Positions 1 to 9,245 of a stretch of DNA of 33,188 nt are shown here, in pieces. The notes below the pieces were generated by a model, which worked only from the letters and a program-made list of their open reading frames with translations, had not been told where the DNA came from and searched no databases. Position 1 is the first letter of the stretch. Every line of letters begins with the position of its first letter. The position numbers and the translations under genes are program-made. This stretch comes from Candidatus Zhuqueibacterota bacterium. Lineage in GTDB: Bacteria > BS750m-G25. The stretch spans positions 1 to 33,188 of the forward strand of contig JADHWK010000023.1 in NCBI GenBank assembly GCA_016783505.1, written 5' to 3'.

Positions 1-24
1 AATTTTCGAGGGGATTGGTGAGAT

Positions 25-933
25 TTAAAGTTGTTTTCCTTCCCGGGTAATCCTTAAGTCACTGAGGGCGATAGCACCTACTGCGGCCTCTTCCGGTAGG
101 GGGGTGAGTACGGAAAGAAGCCCCTTATCGAAGTCAATACCCATCACCAGCCCCAGGGCACGGTCGTTTCCCCAAAGGTCGCGCAGGGAAACCAGCCGAT
201 TTAGAAGCAGGTCCCGGTGATGTCGGACTAACCCCTCTGTACCCCTGACGCCAATTCGGCGCCATTCTACCCGCAGAAGTCTCCCCTTTCCGAAATACTC
301 CCTGAATTTTTTCTCCCGATAGAGGGATCTTTCCCCTTGGGTTTTCAGCTTCGCCCCTGAAGGGACGGGCATTCGGTAAATGATGGGGCCTTTTGTCCCT
401 CTTAGCCCTAAAGGCCGGTAGGCCCGCAGGATGGGTTCTAGCTCTTGGGTCCTCTCTAAGGCTATGATAATCCGGGGTCTGAGAAGGTCAATGAGATGCC
501 ATTTCAGGACCCTTCCTATCTCTCCATCAATAAGCCCGGTGGTGTCAATAATCACCTTTTCCACCGCCCGGGTGACCCGGTCGAGATTGATCCTGGCCCC
601 GGTTATGGTGGGCAACAGGTGTCCTACCGGAGAGGTGGACCCGGTAAAATACATATCACGCACGACGATATTTTCCCAACCGATAAATCCCCCCTCGACC
701 AGTCCCCAGGCGATGGTAGTGGGGGGTCCCAGGTGGGATTGCCCCATGTCCAGATCAACTACGCCAACAGACCCTTCCTCTGACAAAAGGTCAGCTAAAC
801 CTTCCACTAAGGTTGTTTTCCCCGTTCCAGGTCCGCCAAGGACCATTACGATCCGATTTTGGGATCTCAATACTTCTCTTTCCAGTTCGGAGGAAAAGGA
901 AAACCCCCCGAGTTTTTCCACAAACGTTTTCAC
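25..933 (-). CDS. Clp1/Grc3/Nol9-family polynucleotide 5'-hydroxyl kinase
   Basis: P-loop GGPGTGKTT, then DLDMGQSHLGPPTT, GSTSP and IIDTTG motifs typical of the Clp1 family; C-terminal R..YREKKFREYF segment; GTG start. Confidence 0.8.
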   Translation of the reverse strand: MKTFVEKLGGFSFSSELEREVLRSQNRIVMVLGGPGTGKTTLVEGLADLLSEEGSVGVVDLDMGQSHLGPPTTIAWGLVEGGFIGWENIVVRDMYFTGSTSPVGHLLPTITGARINLDRVTRAVEKVIIDTTGLIDGEIGRVLKWHLIDLLRPRIIIALERTQELEPILRAYRPLGLRGTKGPIIYRMPVPSGAKLKTQGERSLYREKKFREYFGKGRLLRVEWRRIGVRGTEGLVRHHRDLLLNRLVSLRDLWGNDRALGLVMGIDFDKGLLSVLTPLPEEAAVGAIALSDLRITREGKQL

Positions 934-944
934 CTGAAAATAGA

Positions 945-1048
945 CCGCAGATTACACGGATGACACAGATTTACCCCTTTTAGATATTCAACCTTTAAGT
1001 ATCTACTATCTTACAAGGTAAAATTGTCTAACGGGGTGAACACAGATT
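945..1048. repeat. 9-bp tandem repeats (ACACAGATT-like) interrupted by a ~70-bp inverted-repeat element
   Basis: CCGCAGATT/ACACGGATG/ACACAGATT at 945-971 and ACACAGATT again at 1040-1048; between them imperfect IR TTACCCCTTTTAGA (971-984) / TCTAACGGGGTGAA (1027-1040). Confidence 0.55.
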
Positions 1049-1178
1049 TTTATACACGATTCTTGGATAATATTTAACCAAATAGCTTGGAACAATAGAA
1101 TTAACCCAATTATCCATTTATCCAAATATCCAAGAATATGTAATTTCGTCTGAGAATACATATTTTCATCCCCCTTCA

Positions 1179-1194
1179 TCCCGAAGGTTCGGGA
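1179..1194. repeat. short palindromic repeat TCCCGAAGGTTCGGGA (REP-like family)
   Basis: palindromic arms TCCCGA/TCGGGA; related copies at 5076, 10973, 12619, 15677, 22916, 29185 and 33066. Confidence 0.7.
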
Positions 1195-1233
1195 TGGGGG
1201 TTTCATTAATATTCCCTGCATAACATAAATAAT

Positions 1234-1272
1234 AAAGCCCAGAGGCTTGAGTCGAAAATCTGGGCTTTTTTT
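1234..1272. terminator. intrinsic terminator-like hairpin downstream of the aminopeptidase, possibly bidirectional
   Basis: AAAGCCCAGA...TCTGGGCTTT stem followed by a T-tract on the plus strand. Confidence 0.55.
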
Positions 1273-1288
1273 GTTAAAGGTTTTAAGG

Positions 1289-2245
1289 TCAAACCACAAT
1301 TTCTCCATCTTTCATGATGAGCTTTCCGTCAATCTTTAAGGTGGGGTTCTTCAGGATGCCGTCCAGATGGCTGGGGACGTTTATACTTCCCCCCATGGAG
1401 ATGTTGTCCCCGAGGGCAATATGCACCGTGCCAATGGCCTTCTCATCCTCCAGCACCAATCCGGTGATCTGGGCCATGTAGTTGGTGCCGATGCCCAACT
1501 CGGCGATGTTCCGGGCCGATCGTCCGAAAGGTCTTAAGAGTTCCTTTAGTCGGTCGGCTTCTCGATCCCCGGAGATTTCTTCAGCGTAACCGTCTTTTAC
1601 CACAATTTTTATAACGCTTTCCTTCAACAACCCCACTCCGGCCATGGATCCATCCACCACGATGACCCCCTGGGATGCTCCCTCAACTGGGGCCAGATAG
1701 GCCTCCCCGGCGGGCAGATTACTCATGTCGCCAGGGTTATGGACCAGTCCCGTATCCGGGTGTCCCTTCATTCCCTCGATGGGAAGGGTAATGTCGGTTC
1801 CCGCCGGGGTGGTCACGTGGGCCTCCTTTCCTTCATCCAGGATTTTATTTAACTTCATGGTCAGGTAGGCGATCTTCTTGTAATCGGCGTTCAGGGTTCG
1901 GATCATGCAATCCTCACTGATCCCCGGCAGGGTGGCGATGCGCACCCCGGCCTGGCTCGCCTCTCGTCGGGCATCAGTATGGGTGAGGGAGCGGGAGGTG
2001 GGGCATAACACCACATCCACTATCTTCATGAGGTGGGCGATGGGTTCCGGGGGTTCCTGACCATGGGTTTCCCGGGGAATGATCTCTAACAGCATCGCCT
2101 CGGTGCCCAATTCCTTGGCCGCTTCCCATAAAGCGTAGCCGATCTTCCTTTCCGGCTCATCGGTGATTACCAACAGGCTCTCCCCGGCTTTGGCGGCCAT
2201 GCAATCCCGAACCGCAATTAAAGCTGCATTGTGTAGTGGCTCCAT
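1289..2245 (-). CDS. M29-family (aminopeptidase T-like) leucyl aminopeptidase
   Basis: NLPAGEAYLAP, IAELGIGTN, EDEKAIGTVHIALGDN and HLDGI motifs; start at 2245 follows SD-like AGAGG/AAGGA (ORF track starts at 2269). Confidence 0.85.
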   Translation of the reverse strand: MEPLHNAALIAVRDCMAAKAGESLLVITDEPERKIGYALWEAAKELGTEAMLLEIIPRETHGQEPPEPIAHLMKIVDVVLCPTSRSLTHTDARREASQAGVRIATLPGISEDCMIRTLNADYKKIAYLTMKLNKILDEGKEAHVTTPAGTDITLPIEGMKGHPDTGLVHNPGDMSNLPAGEAYLAPVEGASQGVIVVDGSMAGVGLLKESVIKIVVKDGYAEEISGDREADRLKELLRPFGRSARNIAELGIGTNYMAQITGLVLEDEKAIGTVHIALGDNISMGGSINVPSHLDGILKNPTLKIDGKLIMKDGEIVV

Positions 2246-2296
2246 ATCCTTAACCTCTCTATTTTCCATCGGATTTCTATAAACATAAGACCCAAT

Positions 2297-2668
2297 TTAA
2301 CGATAATTCCAAAACCACATATTATAATCTTCTATAAGCTGCTGATTTTTACCTTTTTGCTTCATTTCAACCTTGGCTAAAGGAATAGCAATTTTACATC
2401 TTCCCTGCTTCCCTTTACAAAACAATCCATAAAACTCAAGATCAGAGCACTCATCAATATCTAAAATGTCAGTAATTTTAATATCATAATGGATTTTCTC
2501 CAATGGTCCTGTTTCTTCAGGATACTTCGCATCAAAGGGAAATGATAAATTTTTGTTCAAATAATGATGATACACATTCAAAGTTTTCTCTGAAACTTTA
2601 GGAAGGTTTTCATCTTCTTTGACTTTTAAGATATGAGCTACTCGCTTTTCATAGTTTTCTATTGACAT
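2297..2668 (-). CDS. CcbP-like calcium-binding family protein
   Basis: LSFPFDA..., YGLFC...IPL and C-terminal N.QLIEDY..WFWNYR pattern; AT-rich; GAGG SD. Confidence 0.6.
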   Translation of the reverse strand: MSIENYEKRVAHILKVKEDENLPKVSEKTLNVYHHYLNKNLSFPFDAKYPEETGPLEKIHYDIKITDILDIDECSDLEFYGLFCKGKQGRCKIAIPLAKVEMKQKGKNQQLIEDYNMWFWNYR

Positions 2669-2720
2669 TGTTACCTCTTGGAAGGTGTAAGGCGAAGGTG
2701 ATGCCTAAATAAGATTCACG

Positions 2721-3068
2721 TTAAGATCGTATCATTATCAAAATCATCTTGAATTTCTTTACTGCTCTCAAAGCATGTGGTTGATTGGCTGGCATTATAA
2801 CCATTTCACCTTTTTTCAGGTAGAGAGGTTTTCCAGAGATAACAATTTCTGCTTCACCATCAAGAAGATGAACCAAGGCGTCAAATGGTGCTGTATGTTC
2901 ACTCAATCCTTGCCCCTCATCAAAAGCGAAAAAGGTCACTGTCCCTGTCTTTTTTTTAATTATCGTTCGACTCACTACAGAACCTTCTTGATAATCCGCC
3001 AAATCAATTAATCTTACCGCTTGCGCTTCAAGCTTTTTCATGCTTGTTCGTTCCTTATTATGATCCAT
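2721..3068 (-). CDS. cupin domain protein
   Basis: FAFDEGQGLSEHTAPFDA and MPANQPHAL cupin motifs; GAGGTG SD. Confidence 0.9.
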   Translation of the reverse strand: MDHNKERTSMKKLEAQAVRLIDLADYQEGSVVSRTIIKKKTGTVTFFAFDEGQGLSEHTAPFDALVHLLDGEAEIVISGKPLYLKKGEMVIMPANQPHALRAVKKFKMILIMIRS

Positions 3069-3102
3069 TCTTTTTCACCTCATTATTCTTTCAAACGATT
3101 TC

Positions 3103-3219
3103 GCCTAACCTTCCCAGTATATGCGATGTTGCGACCGAAGGGAGCAATGTCCTGTCTGTCCTGAACCTATCCAAGGAAAGGCCAAGGAGCGTAGCGACGA
3201 TGCGTATATGCTGAAAGCG
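3103..3219 (-). mobile_element. degenerate integron attC site
   Basis: minus-strand R' GTTAGGC (3103-3109) lies just before the cupin SD/ATG; inner IR CAGTATATGCG / TGCGTATATGCTG; R'' position reads CGCTTTC instead of RYYYAAC; 59 bp after the hydrolase stop. Confidence 0.55.
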
Positions 3220-3277
3220 CGCGCTCTTTAATTTGTCTCAAGCGAAACATAGATGTTGAGCTTGAGATTTTCCGTAA

Positions 3278-4342
3278 TCAAAGGTGTTTCTTAAAAAAAT
3301 CAAGCTGATCGCTTACGCTTATCTCGAAGTTATCTCCAATATAAATATCAAAGTGACCGATTGAATAGTGCTTAACTTCTGCATATTTCCTCAATTCTTT
3401 TTCGGTTTCGGGGCTTATTGGAGCTAAGCTGTCATTATCACATATCTGAATCAGGATTGGGCAGTGTGCGTTCCGGGCGTGTTCGACCGGTTTGTATCCG
3501 TGTGACCGGAGAATGATACGAGCACAGACTTCGTTAATAAAATTCTCCGATGCAAGTTTCCCGTAGCCGTCATAAGCATCTGAAATAGGGAAAAAAGCAA
3601 AACTTCCAGGTTTCCCTACGATAGGTATTTTATGGGGCGAAAGACCGAAGCGGGATCTCATCATATCACGCTGTCCGTGAACAACCAGACGGAGAATGTG
3701 TCCGATGCCTAATTTTTTTAAAAACATTTTGTTTGAGGCACGACTATCCAGCCCTGGACATTGTGCGACTACACAGGCAATATTTTTATCTTTTGCAGCG
3801 ATTACAATACCATATCCACCGCTTGCAGAGGTTCCCCACAGAGCAATTCTTGCCGGATCAATCTCCTTGAGACCCCGAGCATACTCGATCGCTGCTGAAT
3901 AATCTTCCAGTTGGTACGGAATCAAAAGCAGCTGTCGTGGTTCCCCCTCGCTTTCACCAAAATGCCTGTAATCGAATGCAAGCACAGCAAACCCGGCTTC
4001 CTGATATCGAAGAGCATAAGATTCCATGATCATATCCTTGGTTCCCCCAAAACCATGTCCCATAATTATACATGGAACGGGAGCAGACAAATTCTCAGGT
4101 AGATACAGCCATGCGCTTAATGATGTTCCTTTAACTTGAAAAGTCACATTTTTTCTTGACTGGGGTGGTTTTGCATCTACCTCCTTGGTTTCTTGTTGCG
4201 CTATTACCAGGTGTTGCTTTGGAACCGAAAAGCCAGGGACAAAAGCCATAATAGCCACAATTGCTAGTTCAAGGACAAATAATCCAATAAGAATACCAAT
4301 AATGAGGCCAATGATTTGAAGAATCATTATTACTATTTCCAT
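3278..4342 (-). CDS. alpha/beta hydrolase with N-terminal membrane anchor
   Basis: HGFGG oxyanion motif, FDYRHFGESEGEP, nucleophile GTSASGG, C-terminal D...GHFDIY. Confidence 0.85.
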   Translation of the reverse strand: MEIVIMILQIIGLIIGILIGLFVLELAIVAIMAFVPGFSVPKQHLVIAQQETKEVDAKPPQSRKNVTFQVKGTSLSAWLYLPENLSAPVPCIIMGHGFGGTKDMIMESYALRYQEAGFAVLAFDYRHFGESEGEPRQLLLIPYQLEDYSAAIEYARGLKEIDPARIALWGTSASGGYGIVIAAKDKNIACVVAQCPGLDSRASNKMFLKKLGIGHILRLVVHGQRDMMRSRFGLSPHKIPIVGKPGSFAFFPISDAYDGYGKLASENFINEVCARIILRSHGYKPVEHARNAHCPILIQICDNDSLAPISPETEKELRKYAEVKHYSIGHFDIYIGDNFEISVSDQLDFFKKHL

Positions 4343-4581
4343 ATTATTTTCTTCTTCTATATTAATTTATACATATGACCTATTAAAAAATAAAAATAAA
4401 TAAAGAGTAATTCTAGTTATCCATAAACAGTAATTTTTTTACAAGGCCACGGATGGTCGAGCATCTTCCTCCTGCGCGCTTATTGCATATAACTATTGTA
4501 TTTACGAAACAAGTTTCGCCAATCCTTCCAATATAGCCTATATTGCGAAAAAAAGTTCGCTAATTCCCCTTAGCTGCAAAT

Positions 4582-4974
4582 TTATGGGCCATTTATTTTT
4601 ATCTCCCTTTTTCTCCTCGCCGAACCTTCGACTTTTTCATGACCTGGTCCAAAAGATATAAATTTGTTTTTCAGTAATTTCTGAAGAAAAACTGTCAGCC
4701 GGGTTTCTACCGGTTCCACCCGTTCCCCAAACTTTTCCCTGAGCCGGTGAGCGATGTGGCCTCCCGGGGTTTTACCGTCAATGAGGGACCAGACCCGACT
4801 GCCAAACTCGTCTAAGTGCACCCGATAGGTTGAGGGTTTTATCCTGGCGGCCAGCCAGCGGCCAATTCTGTTGTTCTTATACCGGGGGACCAAAATGGTC
4901 ACTCTCCCATCTGACCTGTTTTCCCAATCCCGGATTCGGTGGGGCTTCACATCCATAAGGCTTAATTCTTCCAT
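4582..4974 (-). CDS. PqqD-family (RRE-like) protein
   Basis: LDEFGSRVWSLIDG...IA..L..KFGE...RL..FL..L pattern; directly downstream of the OPT gene. Confidence 0.8.
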   Translation of the reverse strand: MEELSLMDVKPHRIRDWENRSDGRVTILVPRYKNNRIGRWLAARIKPSTYRVHLDEFGSRVWSLIDGKTPGGHIAHRLREKFGERVEPVETRLTVFLQKLLKNKFISFGPGHEKVEGSARRKREIKINGP

Positions 4975-4985
4975 GATTAGCGATT

Positions 4986-5139
4986 ATCCCGAATCTGGAA
5001 ATTCAACAATTAATAATTCTGAATTGTTAATTGCTAATTGCTAATTGTTAAAACCTAAGCTCCAGCAGCAATCAGTCCCGAGCATTCGGGACAATCATCA
5101 ATCATTTCAGTCGCATTCGGTATGTTCCGAATCTGGGAT
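4986..5139. mobile_element. MITE-like repeat, copy 1
   Basis: imperfect terminal IR ATCCCGAATCTGGAA / TTCCGAATCTGGGAT; internal 7-mer arrays (CTAATTG)n and (CAGCAAT)n; homologous to 9244-9403. Confidence 0.65.
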
Positions 5140-7163
5140 TATATCTCCCCCGGCTCGGCCATCTTTTTCCTCAGGTTTCTGACGGGTATGCTGATTAACA
5201 TATAAAAAACTAAGGCGAAGATGATAAGGGAAGCCCAGCCGCTCTCGGCGATAGATGGGAGCTTGACCTGGAGGATTACCAAAAAGGCCAAAATCACCCC
5301 GGTTAACGCCTCCCCGGCGATCAGTCCCGAGGCCACCAAGATGCCGATGTTTGAACCCCGGTTTTTCTGTTCCTCGTCGCCGGCCCGTTTATGGATGATC
5401 TTTTCGGCGATCCATTTGATGATGCCCCCCACGAATATGGCGGCGGTGGTTTTAAAGGGCAGATACATCCCCACCGCAATCAGCATCGGGGAGGGGGATT
5501 TGATAAGGATTAATCCCACCGAAAAGGCCATTCCCGCCAGCACCAGGGGCCAGGCCATCTCGCCGAGGACGATACCTTTAGCGAGCATGGCCATCAGGCC
5601 GGCCTGGGGGGCGGGGAGCTCGGTGCCGCCGATGCCCCCGGTGCCGCTGATGAGGCTGGCATCATGGAGGACGGATATGGGTATGATGAGGACAAAGGAG
5701 GCGACGATCACCCCGAGGATCTCGCCCACCTGCATCCGCCAGGGGGTGCCGCCCAGGATGTGCCCGACCTTCAGGTCCTGTATCATGTCCCCGGCGATGC
5801 CGGTGGCACAGCAGACGACCCCGGCTACCCCGAGCACTGCGGCGATCCCAGGTTTTCCCGTGACCCCCAAAAGCACCATCAGCAGGGCGGCCACGATGAG
5901 GGTGGACAGGGTCAGGCCGGAGATGGGGTTATTGGAGGAGCCGATCAGACCCACCAGGTATCCGGCTACGGCGGCGAATAGAAACCCGGCCAGCACCATC
6001 ACTAAGGCGGCGATTAAAGCCCCCCAGAAGTTCTGGGCGAAATAGTTATAGAGCACGGTGATGGGTATGACCAGGATGACGATGGCGGCGATGACCCAGG
6101 TGAAGGGGATGTCGAATTGCAACCGTGAGGGTTTTTCACCGGTTCTCTTCATGGAGCGCATGTCGGCGATGGCCTTGCCGATGCCGGCGGTGAGGTTTTT
6201 CCGAATGTTATACAGCGTATAGAAGGCCCCCACCAGCATGGCCCCCACGGCGATGGGCCGTACGATGGCCAGCCAGGAGGCGGTAGCCACATGCATCCAT
6301 CGCTGAACGAGTGAAAGTCCAGCCAGGTCCTTGAGGTTCACCATTGAGGCAATGGGTCCCTCCACCCCGTTCATAAAGATCACCAGGGGGATCAACAGGA
6401 GCCAGGCGAATATCCCCCCGGAGAAGACGATGGAGGCCAAGCGGGGGCCGATGATGTAGCCCACCCCCATTATGGCCGGGGAGGCTACCGGTGACTGTAC
6501 GGCCATTCCCCCCTTGAAGTTCATGGCCTCACCAAAGGGGGAACCGTCCCGGATGAACTGGATTTTAGAGGCTTTAAACGGTAACCACTGGGTGACGTAT
6601 TCCTTGAAAATTGTGATGCCATTAGAATTTTTTAATAGTTCGATGAGGGCGGAAATACCCATGGCACCAAAGAGGAATTTAGCCCCGGTCTCCCCGTGCT
6701 GTCCGGCTTTGTGTATCTCCGAGGCGGCCACGCTTTCGGGAAAGGGGAGGTCGGCCTCCACTACCAGGGTGCGGCGGAGCATGATGACAAAAAACACCCC
6801 AAGCAGCCCCCCGATTAGCATGATCATGGTGCCTTCCCAATAATTTAACCCTTCCCAGATACCGGCGATGACGAAGGCGGGTATGGTGAAAATCGCCCCG
6901 GCCACCAGGGCCTCCCCAACCGAGGCGGTCGTCCGGGCCAAGTTTTCTTCAAGAATGGAACCCCTCCAGATCCGGAAGAAGGCCATGGCCACCACCGCAG
7001 CAGGAAAGGTGGCGGCGATGGTCATACCGGCCTTTAATCCAACATAGGCATTAGCAGCCCCCAGCACACAGGCCATGATAACCCCCAGGATGAGGGCCCT
7101 TATACTAAACTCTCTCATGGACGTTTCTGCGGGAACATAAGGCTTGAATTCCTGATTACCCAT
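5139..7163 (-). CDS. OPT-family oligopeptide transporter
   Basis: ANAYVGLKAGMTIAATFPAAV, LPFPESVA, SNNPISG, QDLKVGHILGGTP and PAPQA motifs; many transmembrane segments; GGAG SD. Confidence 0.93.
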   Translation of the reverse strand: MGNQEFKPYVPAETSMREFSIRALILGVIMACVLGAANAYVGLKAGMTIAATFPAAVVAMAFFRIWRGSILEENLARTTASVGEALVAGAIFTIPAFVIAGIWEGLNYWEGTMIMLIGGLLGVFFVIMLRRTLVVEADLPFPESVAASEIHKAGQHGETGAKFLFGAMGISALIELLKNSNGITIFKEYVTQWLPFKASKIQFIRDGSPFGEAMNFKGGMAVQSPVASPAIMGVGYIIGPRLASIVFSGGIFAWLLLIPLVIFMNGVEGPIASMVNLKDLAGLSLVQRWMHVATASWLAIVRPIAVGAMLVGAFYTLYNIRKNLTAGIGKAIADMRSMKRTGEKPSRLQFDIPFTWVIAAIVILVIPITVLYNYFAQNFWGALIAALVMVLAGFLFAAVAGYLVGLIGSSNNPISGLTLSTLIVAALLMVLLGVTGKPGIAAVLGVAGVVCCATGIAGDMIQDLKVGHILGGTPWRMQVGEILGVIVASFVLIIPISVLHDASLISGTGGIGGTELPAPQAGLMAMLAKGIVLGEMAWPLVLAGMAFSVGLILIKSPSPMLIAVGMYLPFKTTAAIFVGGIIKWIAEKIIHKRAGDEEQKNRGSNIGILVASGLIAGEALTGVILAFLVILQVKLPSIAESGWASLIIFALVFYMLISIPVRNLRKKMAEPGEI

Positions 7164-7210
7164 TTTCCACTCCTTTCTTGAACGTCTACATTATTATTAA
7201 CTTGAAATTT

Positions 7211-7239
7211 AAGATAGTATTTCTAATGGAAAAAGTCAA
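7211..7239 (-). promoter_or_regulatory. sigma70 promoter for opt
   Basis: TTGACT-17 bp-TATCTT on the minus strand. Confidence 0.55.
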
Positions 7240-7271
7240 GTAAAATTTTTAAAAGTTTTCAGATAATTCTC

Positions 7272-7300
7272 TTGACAAAATAACTAATTTTGTATATATT
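7272..7300 (+). promoter_or_regulatory. sigma70 promoter for the tlpA operon
   Basis: TTGACA-17 bp-TATATT, followed by AAGGAG SD. Confidence 0.7.
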
Positions 7301-7323
7301 AAACATTAAATAAGGAGAAAATC

Positions 7324-7944
7324 GTGGGAAAATGGTTGCTACTGATGTTGGTATGGCTGTTGTTCGTTCATGGGGGCTGGGCTGAAGAGAAGAGCGAGGA
7401 AAAAGGCCCCAAAGAGGGGGAGGAAGCCCCCACCTTTTATAGACAAACCCTGGATGGGAAAGATTTTTTCCTGCGTGACTGGTGCGGAAAAGAGCTCCGC
7501 CAGCCGTGGCTGAACAAGGAGAAATACGTAATCGTTCTGTCGTTCTTCGCTACCTGGTGCGTTCCCTGCCAGAGGGAGATTCCCGAACTGGAAAAGTTGT
7601 CTGAAAAATATAGGGGGAAGAATGTAAAATTCTACCTTATTGATATCCAGGAAGGTAAGAGGAAGGTCAAAAGATTTGTTAAGGCAAAGGGCTACAAATT
7701 TCCGGTACTTATGGACCGCTACGGAGCGGTGAAGGAACTATATGGGGCCGCCACCCTGCCCCGGCTGTTTGTCATTGACAAACAGGGGATTATTCGATTA
7801 ATAAACAAGGGGTTTGGGGAGAACGCCGAAGAAATTTTGAAGAAAATTGAGGATACTATTGATGCGACACTGGCGGAGCCGGACCAGCCCCCTGCTGACC
7901 CTGGAGGCGAAAAATCCCCAACAATACCCCCTGAGGAACGATGA
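7324..7944 (+). CDS. secreted TlpA/ResA-like thiol-disulfide oxidoreductase
   Basis: signal peptide, FFATWCVPCQREIP, LPRLFVIDKQG; stop overlaps the next ATG (ATGA). Confidence 0.88.
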   Translation: MGKWLLLMLVWLLFVHGGWAEEKSEEKGPKEGEEAPTFYRQTLDGKDFFLRDWCGKELRQPWLNKEKYVIVLSFFATWCVPCQREIPELEKLSEKYRGKNVKFYLIDIQEGKRKVKRFVKAKGYKFPVLMDRYGAVKELYGAATLPRLFVIDKQGIIRLINKGFGENAEEILKKIEDTIDATLAEPDQPPADPGGEKSPTIPPEER

Positions 7945-9245
7945 AAACTGGTTTCATAAAATTATGCTTGGTTGGTTTCGGGGTGATCCTATCGGGTTTT
8001 TTCCTTTTCATCCTATCCGATGATTCAAAAACACGGTTGGTCATCCTTCACACCAACTCCACCAACGGGATTTTGGAGAACTGCGGCTGCCCCCACGAGC
8101 CCTTGGGCGCCCTGGAGAAGCGTTCAGCCAAAATAAAGGAGATTCGTTCTTCTTGGTCCGATGTATTGGTCTTGGACTCCGGGGATATTTTACCAGCCAT
8201 TGAGGATACGATGAAGGCCAGATTGGCCCTCAAGGCGATGGAGATCATCGGTTACGACGCCATGACTATCGGTGATCAGGAATTTATCAACGGCCCGGCT
8301 TTCTTCAAGCATGAAGTATTGGGCTCTGGACTCCCCTTTGTCTCCGCCAATCTTTTCTGGAGAGATAGTCATAAACCGGTGACGAAATCTCACCTCATTA
8401 AGAAAATTGCTGGACTGAAGATCGCCATCATTGGGATTATCGCCCCGAATGCGGTTTTCTTCTTTCCTGAGGAAAAGGGAGAATGGTTCCAGATTAGGGA
8501 TTACGATAACATTCTGGAGGGATTGCTCAAGGATCTCAGAAAAAAAGCGGACTTTATCGTTCTTCTTTCCCACTCAGGATATGATGAGGACCGAAAGATC
8601 GCCAGGAAATTTCCGGACATTGATCTTATCGTGGGGGGGCATTCCCAGACCAAGCTGGAAAGGCCTGGGAAAGTGGGGAACACCCTTATCGTTCAGGCTG
8701 GTGGGAACTGCCGGTATCTGGGAAGGTTGGATTTGACGTTTAACAGAAAAAAGAAGTTATCCCATTACCGGGGCAAACTGATTCCCTTGACCCTGGACAT
8801 GCCCAACGACCCACGGATTATTGAGCTGATCAGGGAATACGAGAAGCATTTCTTCGGGGATGTCCGTCCCATTCCCCACATTGGCACCATTCCGCTGAAA
8901 TTTGGGGTCGCCAGGGCTGAAGACTGCAGGGAATGTCATGAGCTCCAGTATGATAGGTGGCAGAATACCCCCCATGCCCGGGCATTTGAGATTATTCAGG
9001 AAAGGGGAAAAGTGTATAATCCCGAATGCCTATCCTGCCACACCACCGGATACGGCAGGGAGGACGGATTCAAGAGGATAGATCTGACGCCGGGGATGGT
9101 GGGGGTTTCCTGCACGGAATGTCATTACGTGGATAAAGACCATCATGCAGAGGCCGTTAAGGAAGCAACCTGCGTGCGCTGTCATAATCAAAAGAACAGT
9201 CCCGATTTCGGCTATCCTGAATATTTAAAGAAAATCGTCCATTAA
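7941..9245 (+). CDS. UshA/5'-nucleotidase-like metallophosphoesterase domain with CGC motif fused to a tetraheme cytochrome c (c554-like)
   Basis: ILHTNSTNG.LENCGC, LDSGD, LLSHSG and IVGGHSQ motifs; four CxxCH (CRECH, CLSCH, CTECH, CVRCH); N-terminal hydrophobic signal/anchor. Confidence 0.8.
   Translation: MKTGFIKLCLVGFGVILSGFFLFILSDDSKTRLVILHTNSTNGILENCGCPHEPLGALEKRSAKIKEIRSSWSDVLVLDSGDILPAIEDTMKARLALKAMEIIGYDAMTIGDQEFINGPAFFKHEVLGSGLPFVSANLFWRDSHKPVTKSHLIKKIAGLKIAIIGIIAPNAVFFFPEEKGEWFQIRDYDNILEGLLKDLRKKADFIVLLSHSGYDEDRKIARKFPDIDLIVGGHSQTKLERPGKVGNTLIVQAGGNCRYLGRLDLTFNRKKKLSHYRGKLIPLTLDMPNDPRIIELIREYEKHFFGDVRPIPHIGTIPLKFGVARAEDCRECHELQYDRWQNTPHARAFEIIQERGKVYNPECLSCHTTGYGREDGFKRIDLTPGMVGVSCTECHYVDKDHHAEAVKEATCVRCHNQKNSPDFGYPEYLKKIVH

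Noticed and set aside
1006-1308. 100-aa ORF on the minus strand
   Set aside because: It runs through a terminator, a palindrome and 9-mer repeats; at most a short AT-rich gene scrap (MYSQTKL...) is real
2703-2726. attC between the cupin and CcbP-like genes
   Set aside because: Only 24 bp, imperfect core boxes and no inner stem
5221-6843. Long plus-strand ORFs opposite opt, and similar shadow ORFs at 431-937, 10954-12273, 13513-14063 and 17037-18145
   Set aside because: Antisense shadows of well-supported genes, with no motifs or SD
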